In this document: in pieces, positions 39,340-39,648 of the stretch
How positions within the stretch are numbered: the first letter of the stretch is position 1
Layout of the letters: each line of letters opens with the position of its first letter
NCBI RefSeq assembly: GCF_001194135.2
Contig: NC_068991.1
Location: 3,462,520 to 3,502,167 of the forward strand
Origin: Octopus bimaculoides
Taxonomy: Eukaryota
Reading direction: 5' to 3'
DNA: 39,648 bases
Translations under genes and position numbers: made by a program
Notes under the pieces: generated by a model
What the model was told of the DNA's origin: nothing
What the model saw: only the letters and a program-made list of their open reading frames with translations
The model's database searches: none

Positions 39340-39648
39340 AAACACCATCCAAACGTATCCGATACCAGCGCCGCCTTGACTGGCTTCTGTGCCAATGGCA
39401 CGTAAAAAGCACCATCTGATCACGGTCAATGCCAGCTCCTCTGGCCCCTGTGCCGGTGGCACGTAAAAAGCACCCACTACACTCTCGGAGTGGTTGGCGT
39501 TAGGAAGGGCATCCAGCTGTAGAAACACTGCCAGATCAAATTAGAGCCTGGTGCAGCCTCCTGGCTTCCCAGACCCCGGTCGAACCGTCCAACCCATGCC
39601 AGCATAGAAAACGGACGTTAAACAATGATGATGATGATGATGATGATG
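39340..39648 (+). mobile_element. RTE-type LINE 3'UTR fragment with (GAT)n tail
   Basis: GGCACGTAAAAAGCACC (twice)...GAAGGGCATCCAGC...GGACGTTAAACAATGATGATG. Confidence 0.82.

Overview
Eukaryotic, microsatellite- and transposon-rich draft genomic DNA with many N gaps. The repeat families look like an octopus/cephalopod genome (inference). The window is dominated by one + strand multi-exon gene, an EML5/EML6-type echinoderm microtubule-associated protein-like gene with three HELP+WD40 TAPE modules. I traced 30 coding exons from ATG 9148 to 38205 (about 5.0 kb visible CDS). All visible junctions are GT-AG and phase-consistent. About 60 codons are hidden in the 27333-28053 gap, and the C-terminus lies beyond the window. 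The first 3 kb is a stack of decayed or nested elements: a pogo/Tigger-type MITE, a DD37D mariner transposase remnant, a HERO-like LINE remnant and SINEs. Most interesting signals: (i) a tRNA-headed SINE-like element carrying a minimal hammerhead ribozyme fold (1196-1241), plus an unrelated minimal hammerhead of the same architecture (38346-38383); (ii) a 229-bp palindrome and its deletion derivative flanking the start-codon exon; (iii) inverted RTE tails bracketing exons 8-9, a circRNA-type layout; (iv) a palindromic 19-bp minisatellite in front of a weak, distant AAG acceptor. No prokaryotic-type system or CRISPR array is present. Nearly all ORF-track entries outside the exons and TE remnants are microsatellite or gap artefacts.
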